The notes below the pieces were generated by a model. That model saw nothing but the letters and a program-made list of their open reading frames with translations. It had not been told where the DNA came from and did not search any database. A stretch of 63,902 nt of DNA, filler included, from Myxococcota bacterium (GTDB taxonomy: Bacteria; Myxococcota; Myxococcia; Myxococcales; Myxococcaceae), in assembly GCA_049322255.1 (NCBI GenBank). It is 3 parts of 3 records of this genome, joined end to end, with 100 filler letters (N's around TTAATTAATTAA, not from the genome) between each part and the next. Parts side by side here need not be neighbours in the genome. Positions count along the whole stretch, not along the records: positions 1 to 25,148 come from JBMORE010000056.1; 2 more parts are not named here. One strand, given 5' to 3'. The position numbers were made by a program, and so were the translations under genes. Each line of letters begins with the position of its first letter. Position 1 is the first letter of the stretch. Positions 8,464 to 16,785 of this stretch are shown piece after piece.

Positions 8464-10332
8464 GTGAAGCCGCTCTTGGTCTACGACGGTGAGTGCGGCT
8501 TCTGTCGCAGATGGATCGATCGCTGGCGCGTCACCGTGGGCGAGCACATCGACTTCGCGCCGTACCAGGAGGTGCACGCGCGCTTCCCCCAGGTGCCGCG
8601 CGAAGACTTCGCCCGTGCCGTTCACTTCATCGAAGACGGCCGCATCACCCACGGCGCGCAGGCCGTCTTTCGCGCGCTGAGCCAGGGGTCGCGGGGGCAG
8701 AAGCTCTTGTGGGCGTACGAGCGGGTGCCCCTGTTCGCGTCAGTCGCAGAGCTCTTCTACCGATTCGTAGCGCGGCACCGCACGCTGGCAGGGAGGCTCA
8801 CCGACTCCTTCCTGGAGACGAAGACCGAGAGTCTGGTGCTCACCCGCGCCATCTACTTGCGGTTGTTCGGGCTCACCGCGCTGGTGGCGGTCGGTTCGTT
8901 TTGGTCGCAGCTGCCTGGGCTCATTGGCAGCGGAGGTATCTGGCCGGCGGAGCGCTCCATGGCGTGGGCGCGTGCGCAAGGGGGCGCAGGCGGCATCCTC
9001 GAGGTGCCGACGCTGGCGTGGCTGAGCACGAGCGACGGTTTCCTCCACGGCCTGTGCGCGGCGGCTGCCGTCTTTTCGCTCCTCCTCATCGCCCACCTCG
9101 CGCCTCGGTGGGCCGCGGCTGGCCTGTGGGCGTGTTACCTCTCGCTCGTCGCCGTCGGTGGCCCCTTCTTGAGGTTCCAGTGGGACATTCTGCTCATCGA
9201 GGCGAGCTTGATGACGTTTCTCTATGCCCCGGGAGGGCTGCGCCCTCGCCTCTTGCGTGAGCCCAACCCGGCTCCAGCCGCCACCTTCATGCAGCGGTGG
9301 CTCATCTGCCGGCTGATGCTCCTCAACGGGTTGGTGAAGGTCCTCGGCGGAGACCCCGCCTGGCGAGACCTCACCGCCTTTCGCTACCACTACTGGACCC
9401 AACCGCTGCCGACCTGGACGAGCTTTTTTGCGCACCAGCAGCCCCTCTGGGCGCACCAAGGCGCCTGCGCGCTGGTAATCGTCATCGAGCTCGTCATTCC
9501 CTTCATCGCGCTCTGGCCCAGGTCAGGAAGGCGCATCGCGTTCGTCGCCTTCGCGCTGATGCAGTTGACGGTCATGGCCACTGGCAACTACAGCTTCTTC
9601 AACCTGCTCACTCTGGTCTTGTGCGTGCCGCTGCTGGACGACCGGGTCTTGCGTGCTGTCTGTCCGCAACGGCTCCGCAGGTGGCTCGAAGGGCTGCCTG
9701 TGCAGGTGAGACGGCCGTGGGAGTTTGGGAGGCGCGCGGCGCTGTGGGGAGTGGCGGTCGTCGTGGTGGCGTTGGGCGTCGTGCTGGCGGCGACGCGGTT
9801 TCTTCCGGTGCGGTCGCCGGCGCCGCTGGCTCGAGCGGTGGAGCTCGCGACCGCCTTCCACCTGGTCAACCACTACGGCGCTTTTTCGGTGATGACCAAG
9901 ACGCGCCCGGAAATCATCGTCGAAGGCAGCACCGACGGAACGAGCTGGAAGACCTACGGGTTTCGCTACAAGCCTGGGGCGCTTGCCCGGCGCCCGCAGT
10001 TCGTCGCGCCGCTGCAGCCCCGGCTCGACTGGCAGATGTGGTTCGCGGCGCTGAACGTCTGTGAAAATCAGCCGTGGTTCCTCGAGCTGCAGAAACACCT
10101 CCTCGAGGGCACGCCGGCGGTGCTCGCTTTGCTCGAGGAAAACCCTTTCTCCGAGGCGCCGCCGCGCTACGTCCGAACCACGGTGTACCAATACCGGTTT
10201 GCCTCCTGGCAGAAGTGGCGTGAACGGGGAGAGTGGTGGGAGCGTGAAGCGCAGGGGCCCTACTGCCCGCCGCTGACGCTGGAGGCCGGGCAGCTGCGGC
10301 GTGTCGCGCTCCAGGAGGAATTCTCGCCATGA
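8464..10332 (+). CDS. DCC1-like thiol-disulfide domain fused to lipase maturation factor (LMF1) family protein
   Basis: YDGECGFC at the N-terminus; FQWDILLIE, HYWTQPLP, TGNYSFFNLLT, QPRLDWQMWFAAL motifs. Confidence 0.88.
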   Translation: MKPLLVYDGECGFCRRWIDRWRVTVGEHIDFAPYQEVHARFPQVPREDFARAVHFIEDGRITHGAQAVFRALSQGSRGQKLLWAYERVPLFASVAELFYRFVARHRTLAGRLTDSFLETKTESLVLTRAIYLRLFGLTALVAVGSFWSQLPGLIGSGGIWPAERSMAWARAQGGAGGILEVPTLAWLSTSDGFLHGLCAAAAVFSLLLIAHLAPRWAAAGLWACYLSLVAVGGPFLRFQWDILLIEASLMTFLYAPGGLRPRLLREPNPAPAATFMQRWLICRLMLLNGLVKVLGGDPAWRDLTAFRYHYWTQPLPTWTSFFAHQQPLWAHQGACALVIVIELVIPFIALWPRSGRRIAFVAFALMQLTVMATGNYSFFNLLTLVLCVPLLDDRVLRAVCPQRLRRWLEGLPVQVRRPWEFGRRAALWGVAVVVVALGVVLAATRFLPVRSPAPLARAVELATAFHLVNHYGAFSVMTKTRPEIIVEGSTDGTSWKTYGFRYKPGALARRPQFVAPLQPRLDWQMWFAALNVCENQPWFLELQKHLLEGTPAVLALLEENPFSEAPPRYVRTTVYQYRFASWQKWRERGEWWEREAQGPYCPPLTLEAGQLRRVALQEEFSP

Positions 10333-10982
10333 AGCGCTCGTTTTCCTTTCGCGCCGTTCTCTTCGACCTCGACGGAACGTTGTGCGACTCGCTCGCCGAC
10401 ATCGGCGACGCAGTGAACTTCGTACTCTCCCGGCGCGGCTTTGCCACCCACTCGTCCGACGCCTACCGCCGCATGATTGGCGAGGGAGTGGAGCTGCTCA
10501 TCCGTCGCGCGCTCCCGCCCAGCGCGCAAGACCTGGTGGCCGAGGTGGTGGAGGAGTACCGGCACCGCTACGTCGAGCACTTCGCCGACAAGACCGTGCC
10601 CTACCCGGGCATTCCCGAGCTGCTCGACGCGCTCACGGAGCGGAAGGTGCCGATAGCGGTGCTCTCGAACAAGCGTGACGACTTCACCGCCGCGTGCATG
10701 AAGGCGCTCTTCGCGCGCTGGCCGTTCGCGGTGGTACGCGGAGAGCGTCCCGGGGTGCCGCGCAAGCCCGACCCGGCGGCGGCGCTGGAAATCGCCGAGA
10801 AGCTCGACGTCCCGCCCGCGCAAGTGGCCTTCGTCGGCGACACCCGTATTGACATGCAGACGGCATGCGCCGCGGGAATGTGGGCGGTGGGTGTGACCTG
10901 GGGTTTTCGTGACCGCGCCGAGCTCGTGGCCCACGGCGCTCGTGCGGTCATCGAGGCCCCGCACGAGCTGATGGGTCTTTGA
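10329..10982 (+). CDS. HAD-superfamily hydrolase (phosphoglycolate phosphatase-like)
   Basis: FDLDGTL, SNK, KPDP, VGDT..D motifs; ATGA overlap with the upstream gene. Confidence 0.9.
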   Translation: MKRSFSFRAVLFDLDGTLCDSLADIGDAVNFVLSRRGFATHSSDAYRRMIGEGVELLIRRALPPSAQDLVAEVVEEYRHRYVEHFADKTVPYPGIPELLDALTERKVPIAVLSNKRDDFTAACMKALFARWPFAVVRGERPGVPRKPDPAAALEIAEKLDVPPAQVAFVGDTRIDMQTACAAGMWAVGVTWGFRDRAELVAHGARAVIEAPHELMGL

Positions 10983-10988
10983 AGAGTG

Positions 10989-11591
10989 TTATGACTTCTG
11001 GGCGCCCTTCTTCACCAGCGACAGGTCGATGAACACCTGCACCTCTTCGCCCACGAGGACGCCGCCGGCTTCCAGGGCTTGGTTCCACTTGAGGCCCCAG
11101 TCGGTGCGGTTGAGCTTGGTGGTCGCGGTGGCGCCGCGGCGGGTGTTGCCGTAAGGGTCCTTCGCCTCGTTGGTGGTTTCCACGTCGAGGACGACCTCCT
11201 TGGTCACGCCCCGCATGGTGAGGTCGCCGGTCACCTTGAGTCTGTTGGCACCGGCCTTGACGATCTTTTTGGACTTGAAGATGAGGTTGGGGTGCTTCTG
11301 CACGTCGAAGAAGTCGGCGGTCTTGAGGTGCCCGTCGCGCTTGGGCTCACGGGTGTTGATGGTGGTGGCGTCGATGGTGGCCTCGACCTTCGATTTGGTC
11401 GCGTCCTTGTCGTCGAGCTCGACGGTTCCGGAGAGCTTTCCGAACTCGCCCTTCACGTTGGTGATCATCATGTGGCGAACGGCGAAAGTGGCGGCGGAGT
11501 GGGAGGGGTCAATCTCCCAGGTCGCGGCGAGCACGGTGGAGGGGACGACGAACAAGACAAGGGCCAGGACACGACGGATGCGCTGAGTCAT
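10989..11591 (-). CDS. YceI family periplasmic lipid/quinone-binding protein
   Basis: Signal peptide; WEIDPSHS, RDGHLKTADFFDV, GDLTMRGVTK. Confidence 0.92.
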   Translation of the reverse strand: MTQRIRRVLALVLFVVPSTVLAATWEIDPSHSAATFAVRHMMITNVKGEFGKLSGTVELDDKDATKSKVEATIDATTINTREPKRDGHLKTADFFDVQKHPNLIFKSKKIVKAGANRLKVTGDLTMRGVTKEVVLDVETTNEAKDPYGNTRRGATATTKLNRTDWGLKWNQALEAGGVLVGEEVQVFIDLSLVKKGAQKS

Positions 11592-11705
11592 AGGGCTCCT
11601 CAGAATTGGAGTGGACAATTGCATGTGGCGGCGGGCAATTAATGGAGCCCAATGAAGGTCGCAAGCGATTCGTTTCGCCCAAGTTCACCGGTGAATGCAC
11701 TGCCC

Positions 11706-12284
11706 ATGCGGCTGACGGACCCGGAGGTGTCGGCCTTGGGAGAACGCTCGCTCTTCGTGCGGGACGGTTGGCTGGGCCGCCTCGCCGCCGTCGGCGTGCG
11801 TGAAGCCCTGGAGGCACTGCATCGGGAAGGAGCGTTTCACCCGGCGGGAATGAGCCGCGGTGCCCAGCACCGAATCGAGCGTGAGGAGCGGGGTGATGTC
11901 GTGACATGGCTGTCTCCCGAGACGCGGGTGCCGGTCCTTCGGGCGCTGCACGATGCCTTCGCCGAGCTCCGGGAGGCGCTCAACCGTGATGCGTGGCTGG
12001 GGGTAGAGCGCTTCGATGTCCAGCTGGCCCGTTATGACGAAGGAGCGCGGTACGCCAATCACCTCGATGCCTTTCCGGGTGGACCCAACCGGCGGGTGAC
12101 GGCGATCTACTATGTCAACGACGGTTGGGCGCCTGCGCACGGGGGGCGGCTTGTGGCTGAAGGCGTGCCCATCGAGCCGATGGCCGACCGCCTGGTGGTG
12201 TTTCTCTCGGAGCGGGTGCGCCATGAAGTCGAGCCCGCGCTCGCTCCACGTTACACCGCCACCGCTTGGTACTACGGGCCCTGA
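11706..12284 (+). CDS. 2OG-Fe(II) oxygenase, EGL-9/PHD-like
   Basis: RGD..W, HLD, TAIYYVN, RHEV, RYTATAW. Confidence 0.85.
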   Translation: MRLTDPEVSALGERSLFVRDGWLGRLAAVGVREALEALHREGAFHPAGMSRGAQHRIEREERGDVVTWLSPETRVPVLRALHDAFAELREALNRDAWLGVERFDVQLARYDEGARYANHLDAFPGGPNRRVTAIYYVNDGWAPAHGGRLVAEGVPIEPMADRLVVFLSERVRHEVEPALAPRYTATAWYYGP

Positions 12285-12300
12285 CTCGAGGTTCCCTCAC

Positions 12301-13347
12301 TCAAGGCTTGGACGAGCTTCGACTCGGCTCGTCACCTCGAGCCGCATGGGTAGCGGCGTAGCGACCGAGCAGCTCGTTGAGGTTCATCGTCTGCAACGTC
12401 GCGCCCGAGCGACCTGCAGGCATGAACACCAGCTGCTTTCCGCTGAGCGCCTCCGCGATGCGCAGCTTCACCATGGTCCGGCCGCCCGCCCCAGCGAGGG
12501 CCGCGTTCTCCTTCTCGATGCCCTGCGCCCGCGCCTTGGCTTCGGTGAGAATCGCCTCGGCCTCATTTTTCGCCTGCACCAAAAAAGCGTCGCCACGGAG
12601 CTTGGCCTCCATGAGCTGGCCCTGCGCTTTGGCGATCTGCTGAGACACCGTACCCCTGGCCGTTTCCAGATTTCGTTTCGCCTCTTCCCCCGAGGCAGTG
12701 GCCTCCGACTTGAGCTTCTCGGCGTTTTGTTCTGCCAGCTTCTTCTCCCGAATGACCTCCTCATACTGTTGATGAAAGCGGTGCTCGTGGAGAATCACCT
12801 GCTCGACGAGAATACCCTCGGACAAGAGCGCGTCGGCGAGCCGCCGGCGAGCGTCCTGCGCGGCGACAAAACGCTTGTCGGCAACGTAAAAGTCCTCCGA
12901 GTGAAGCTTGTTCAGTGCGTCACGCACCAGCGCGCGAGCGGCGGGCCGAATCAGGCGCGATTGCACTTCCTCCGCCGAGGAGCCGACCTTGCTGAGCAGG
13001 TACGGAGCCTTCGCCGGGTCGATGCGCCAGGCCACCGTGACGTCGACCGAGATGTCGTTGCCGTCGACCGTCTTGAACTCGACGTCGTCATCGCGGGCCT
13101 TCGCTCCGCTGCCCCGTGTCATGCGGAGGTTCTGGAGGCGCGTCTGGAACGTGTGCCAGTCGGTGAGGATGGGCGGAAAGAAATAGGTCCCGCCAGGGGG
13201 GTAGACGTCGGGCTGAACGCCCTTGGTGCCAAACGGGGCCAGCTTTCGCGTGAGCACTCCGACTTCGTTTGCCGAGGTGGAGTGGCAGGTGCAACCTGAC
13301 AAGACGGCAAGTAAGCCAGCCGTCGCCATCGTGCCATGGCGCATCAT
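12301..13347 (-). CDS. SPFH/band-7 family lipoprotein
   Basis: Lipobox VLSG-C; FKTVDGNDISVDVTVAWRID; C-terminal coiled coil. Confidence 0.85.
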   Translation of the reverse strand: MMRHGTMATAGLLAVLSGCTCHSTSANEVGVLTRKLAPFGTKGVQPDVYPPGGTYFFPPILTDWHTFQTRLQNLRMTRGSGAKARDDDVEFKTVDGNDISVDVTVAWRIDPAKAPYLLSKVGSSAEEVQSRLIRPAARALVRDALNKLHSEDFYVADKRFVAAQDARRRLADALLSEGILVEQVILHEHRFHQQYEEVIREKKLAEQNAEKLKSEATASGEEAKRNLETARGTVSQQIAKAQGQLMEAKLRGDAFLVQAKNEAEAILTEAKARAQGIEKENAALAGAGGRTMVKLRIAEALSGKQLVFMPAGRSGATLQTMNLNELLGRYAATHAARGDEPSRSSSKP

Positions 13348-14399
13348 TGGCTCCTCACATCGAAGCGCCGGAGCGCCGTGTTGAGGTCGAGCGGGTTGGT
13401 GCCGTTTTCTCCGTCCGACGGTACGACGATGATCGCCGTCCCCTTGAGCACGTCGGCCATCTTCAGGCCGACCATGTTCTCGCTTCCCACTCCGCGGAGA
13501 GCCTTGTTTTCCAAGTCGGTCCCTTGGGCATGCGCAAGCTTGATCATCAGCTTGCCTTCCGCCTCCTTGGTGCGACGGTACAGCTCAGCCTCAGACTCAA
13601 TCTTTTTCACCTCGGACTCGCCGCGTGCGAGCTCGACCTGAACCGCCGCAGCCCCTTGGGCGATGATGCGGTTCTTCTCCGCTTCCGCCTGAGCGACGGC
13701 CGCCTCTGCCTGGTTCTTGAAGACGGTCTGGTCCTGGATTTTCCGCTGTTCGATCGCCTGCTGGTACCGCTTGTCGTACCGGTATTGGCGGACGAGGACA
13801 TGGGTGACCCGAATTCCCTTGGGCGCCAGCTCCTCGGTCAGGAGCCGCTGAGCCTCGGCAGAGGCCTTCTCTCTTTGTTCTCCGCGGTAGAACTCCTCGG
13901 CGTCGAGCTCGCCCAAGGTGCGACGGAGGACTTGCTCAGCGCGGGGAATCACCGCTGAGTCTTCATAGAAGCGCTCCAGGCCTATCTGAGTGATGACCTT
14001 GTAGGCGTCCTCGATTCGGTAGAGCACCGTGACGTCAACGCTGACCGTGTAGCCCTCGGAGGTTTGAATCTTGATCGCGGAGACGAAACGCTGGCCCGAG
14101 TTGTCGTCTGCGTTCGAATCGCTCATCTCGAGCGCCTGTAAGTCGGAGGGGAAGGTGTGCATACGTTCGGCGCCAGGTGTCACCCAATGAAGACCGGGGC
14201 CATAAAGATCGGTCTTGATGCCCTTGCTCGGCCCAAGAATGACCTGCTTGACCCCCACCTCGTTGGGCCGCACGTAGACGGTGCAGTTGGTATACGACCA
14301 CAAGACCGCAACCACGAGAACCGCCAGCGGCCAGAACCCTTTTCGCTTCGGCCGACTCACCCAGTTACCCAAGCGGTCCTTGAGAAGTTGTGTGTTCAT
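13344..14399 (-). CDS. SPFH/band-7 family membrane protein
   Basis: N-terminal TM helix; VRPNEVGV; IQTSEGYTVSVDVTVLYRI; Ala/Glu coiled coil; 4-nt overlap with its partner. Confidence 0.85.
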   Translation of the reverse strand: MNTQLLKDRLGNWVSRPKRKGFWPLAVLVVAVLWSYTNCTVYVRPNEVGVKQVILGPSKGIKTDLYGPGLHWVTPGAERMHTFPSDLQALEMSDSNADDNSGQRFVSAIKIQTSEGYTVSVDVTVLYRIEDAYKVITQIGLERFYEDSAVIPRAEQVLRRTLGELDAEEFYRGEQREKASAEAQRLLTEELAPKGIRVTHVLVRQYRYDKRYQQAIEQRKIQDQTVFKNQAEAAVAQAEAEKNRIIAQGAAAVQVELARGESEVKKIESEAELYRRTKEAEGKLMIKLAHAQGTDLENKALRGVGSENMVGLKMADVLKGTAIIVVPSDGENGTNPLDLNTALRRFDVRSQ

Positions 14400-15034
14400 A
14401 CCTTTTCCTTGCTTGGGTTCACTGGGGCCGATGGGACGCTCGCTTCCGCCACAGAGCTCAGAGGCCGGTAGGCGTCGAAGTGCACCTGCTCGGCGTTCAT
14501 TTCCTCGACCAGGTGGTGCAGCTTCCCGGCGTACTGCCGCCGCGCGAACCAGACCTGAGCATCAGGCACCATCGGCCCGAACATCACCAGCAGCAACGGG
14601 AACAGCTCCAACCACTTCGGCACGCCGAGGCGCCAGATGACCGTCGCCAGCAGCAGTCCAGCTCCGGCGTAGGCCGCGCGCCCGATGAGGTCGCCCCCCC
14701 GCCAAAGGCCGTAGCGGTTTTTCTCGACGAGGTATTGCTCTTTGGCCAACCGGAGGTACCGCGGCACCGCGATCGCCATCACGCTTTCGCCGACGCGGTT
14801 CCAGTACGGAGCGTCATCGGCGACCTCGGAGAACTGTCGCCCCATCTCTTGCAACGTTGCGCGCGCCGCAGCTTCGAGCTGACTTTCTGCTTCGGCGCTC
14901 CATTCGGCGAACGCCGGACGCCTGCGCTCGAGCGCGGCGATCACGCCCTGGGTCACCTGGCTCAGCCGAAAGTGAATCGGATACACGAGGGCGCCCATAG
15001 CAGGAATCGTCGTCACCGTCTGCTCACCGCTCAT
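14396..15034 (-). CDS. Hypothetical protein with TM hairpin
   Basis: Overlaps both neighbours; two adjacent hydrophobic helices. Confidence 0.7.
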   Translation of the reverse strand: MSGEQTVTTIPAMGALVYPIHFRLSQVTQGVIAALERRRPAFAEWSAEAESQLEAAARATLQEMGRQFSEVADDAPYWNRVGESVMAIAVPRYLRLAKEQYLVEKNRYGLWRGGDLIGRAAYAGAGLLLATVIWRLGVPKWLELFPLLLVMFGPMVPDAQVWFARRQYAGKLHHLVEEMNAEQVHFDAYRPLSSVAEASVPSAPVNPSKEKV

Positions 15035-16670
15035 TCGTCCGTGTTTTCGTCACAGGGGCAGCCGGCGTCAGAGCGAGTCCCTCCTCCGGCAGGCAGTACT
15101 TCTCTGCGTGAGGAGTGAACGCCCACATCACCCCTCCGAAGGCGACGAGGGCGGCGAAGCTCATCGCCACGTACTTTTCATCATCCCACCCGGACATGTT
15201 GGGAAAGGGCGCCCAGTGGATGAAGTGGGTCACCCCGCACAAGGTGAGCAGGAGCAACCCCACCTCGCGCTTTTTGAGCCACAGGGTGGCGATGGCCACC
15301 ACGAAGCCGTAGTAGTAGCAGGTCAGCTCGGCGCCTACGGCAATCATCCCGGTGGAGAGCGCCGCCGCCATCCACGGCTCGTTCCCCGCTCCGCGGATCG
15401 CGAAGTACAAAAGCACCGCGAACCCCAACGCGATGGCCACGTACAGGGGGAGCGCCGAGTGAAACGCCTCCAGCCGCGCGTCCTTCCACTTCTTCCACGG
15501 GTCGAACGTCTTCCCGTCACGCATGAGCGCGCCGATGGTCGACGGGCGATAGGAGAGAGCGGTGCGCAGCCCCATGTGGTTGGTGAGCGGAGTGTTGGCG
15601 TGCTTGGAGGTGTTCTTGGCGAAGGCGCGGTAGGTGGAAAAACCACCGGAGAGCGGCGCGGCCAGGGTGGAGAGGAGCAGCACCCCCAGCGCTCCTCCGG
15701 CGAAGAAGGTGAGCCAGCGGCGATCCACCCGGCGCTCGCGCCAGAGCACATCGACGGCGGCGAAGGCTGGCCCCACCACCACGAAGGCGGGAAACAGCCG
15801 CAGCACCGTGGCGTAGGCGATGGACAGCCCGGCGAGGAAGAAACGCTCTTTCTTGAGCAGACAAACGCACGCCACCAGATAGAAGAGCCAGTCGTGGCGG
15901 AGGAAGGCGCCACCGGTCCAATAAAAGCGGTTGGGGAAGTGGGTGCCGAACACCAGCATCGCCACCGCCGCCACGCGCCAGCCGAAGGCCCACCACACGA
16001 GGAGCGCCATCAGCATGAGGTAGAGAGGGTCGAACAGGTTGAGCGCCACCACCTGCGGCGTGCTCGCGGGGCCGAGGTTGGTGAGGAGGTAGCCGAGCGC
16101 GGTCCACACCGGGGTCGCGTTGTAGCCGTGGTCGTGTTGGATTTTCTCCCAGCGATCGGTGCTCTCTCTCGCGCGGAAGAAGTCGACGTCCTTCTCGAAG
16201 GCCGACCACCGCTCGGGGGAGAAGCTCGCTTTGCAGCGCTCCGGGTGGGCGAGCACCTCGGTCGTGCGCACCATCTCGTTGGTGCGCAGGTCGGTGATGA
16301 TGCGGCGCTTTGCGTGGGCGAGCCGTGCTCCGCCGGCTTCGGCGTCGGCCACCACCGTGCAGTCGTAGAGCAGCTCGTAGCCGAGCTCGGGAAAGTACTT
16401 CGCGCCCAGGTAGTAGTGGTACGTGTCCCACGCGTGCACGAAGTTGGAGTTGGGAAAGTGCAGCCAGCCGAAGTTGGGGTAGGCCAAGGCCCCCAGCAGT
16501 CCCAGCACGGCGAGCGCGCGGTCTCTCCACTTCTTGTGCGCATCGGGCCGGCCCGAGTGGGCAAGCCAATACCCCCACCCGAGCAAAAGCATGCCCAGCA
16601 CCGCCAGCGACAGCTGCAAGCGGTTCACCGTGTGGTCGTTCCACGCCAAGGCGGCCCAAGACCTCCACAT
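15024..16670 (-). CDS. Polytopic membrane protein, possibly a GT-C-fold glycosyltransferase
   Basis: Many TM segments; large loop with WDTYHYY and GYNATPVW; start may instead be the GTG at 16628. Confidence 0.6.
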   Translation of the reverse strand: MWRSWAALAWNDHTVNRLQLSLAVLGMLLLGWGYWLAHSGRPDAHKKWRDRALAVLGLLGALAYPNFGWLHFPNSNFVHAWDTYHYYLGAKYFPELGYELLYDCTVVADAEAGGARLAHAKRRIITDLRTNEMVRTTEVLAHPERCKASFSPERWSAFEKDVDFFRARESTDRWEKIQHDHGYNATPVWTALGYLLTNLGPASTPQVVALNLFDPLYLMLMALLVWWAFGWRVAAVAMLVFGTHFPNRFYWTGGAFLRHDWLFYLVACVCLLKKERFFLAGLSIAYATVLRLFPAFVVVGPAFAAVDVLWRERRVDRRWLTFFAGGALGVLLLSTLAAPLSGGFSTYRAFAKNTSKHANTPLTNHMGLRTALSYRPSTIGALMRDGKTFDPWKKWKDARLEAFHSALPLYVAIALGFAVLLYFAIRGAGNEPWMAAALSTGMIAVGAELTCYYYGFVVAIATLWLKKREVGLLLLTLCGVTHFIHWAPFPNMSGWDDEKYVAMSFAALVAFGGVMWAFTPHAEKYCLPEEGLALTPAAPVTKTRTNER

Positions 16671-16785
16671 GGCTGATGACCTTACAATCTCGCGAAACTT
16701 CTAGGGGAGCGCGTGCGGCAGATCGAGACTGGCGCTCGCTCGTTCCATGCCCAGTAGCCAGCCAAGCCTTTTTGGGGAGCCCGTC

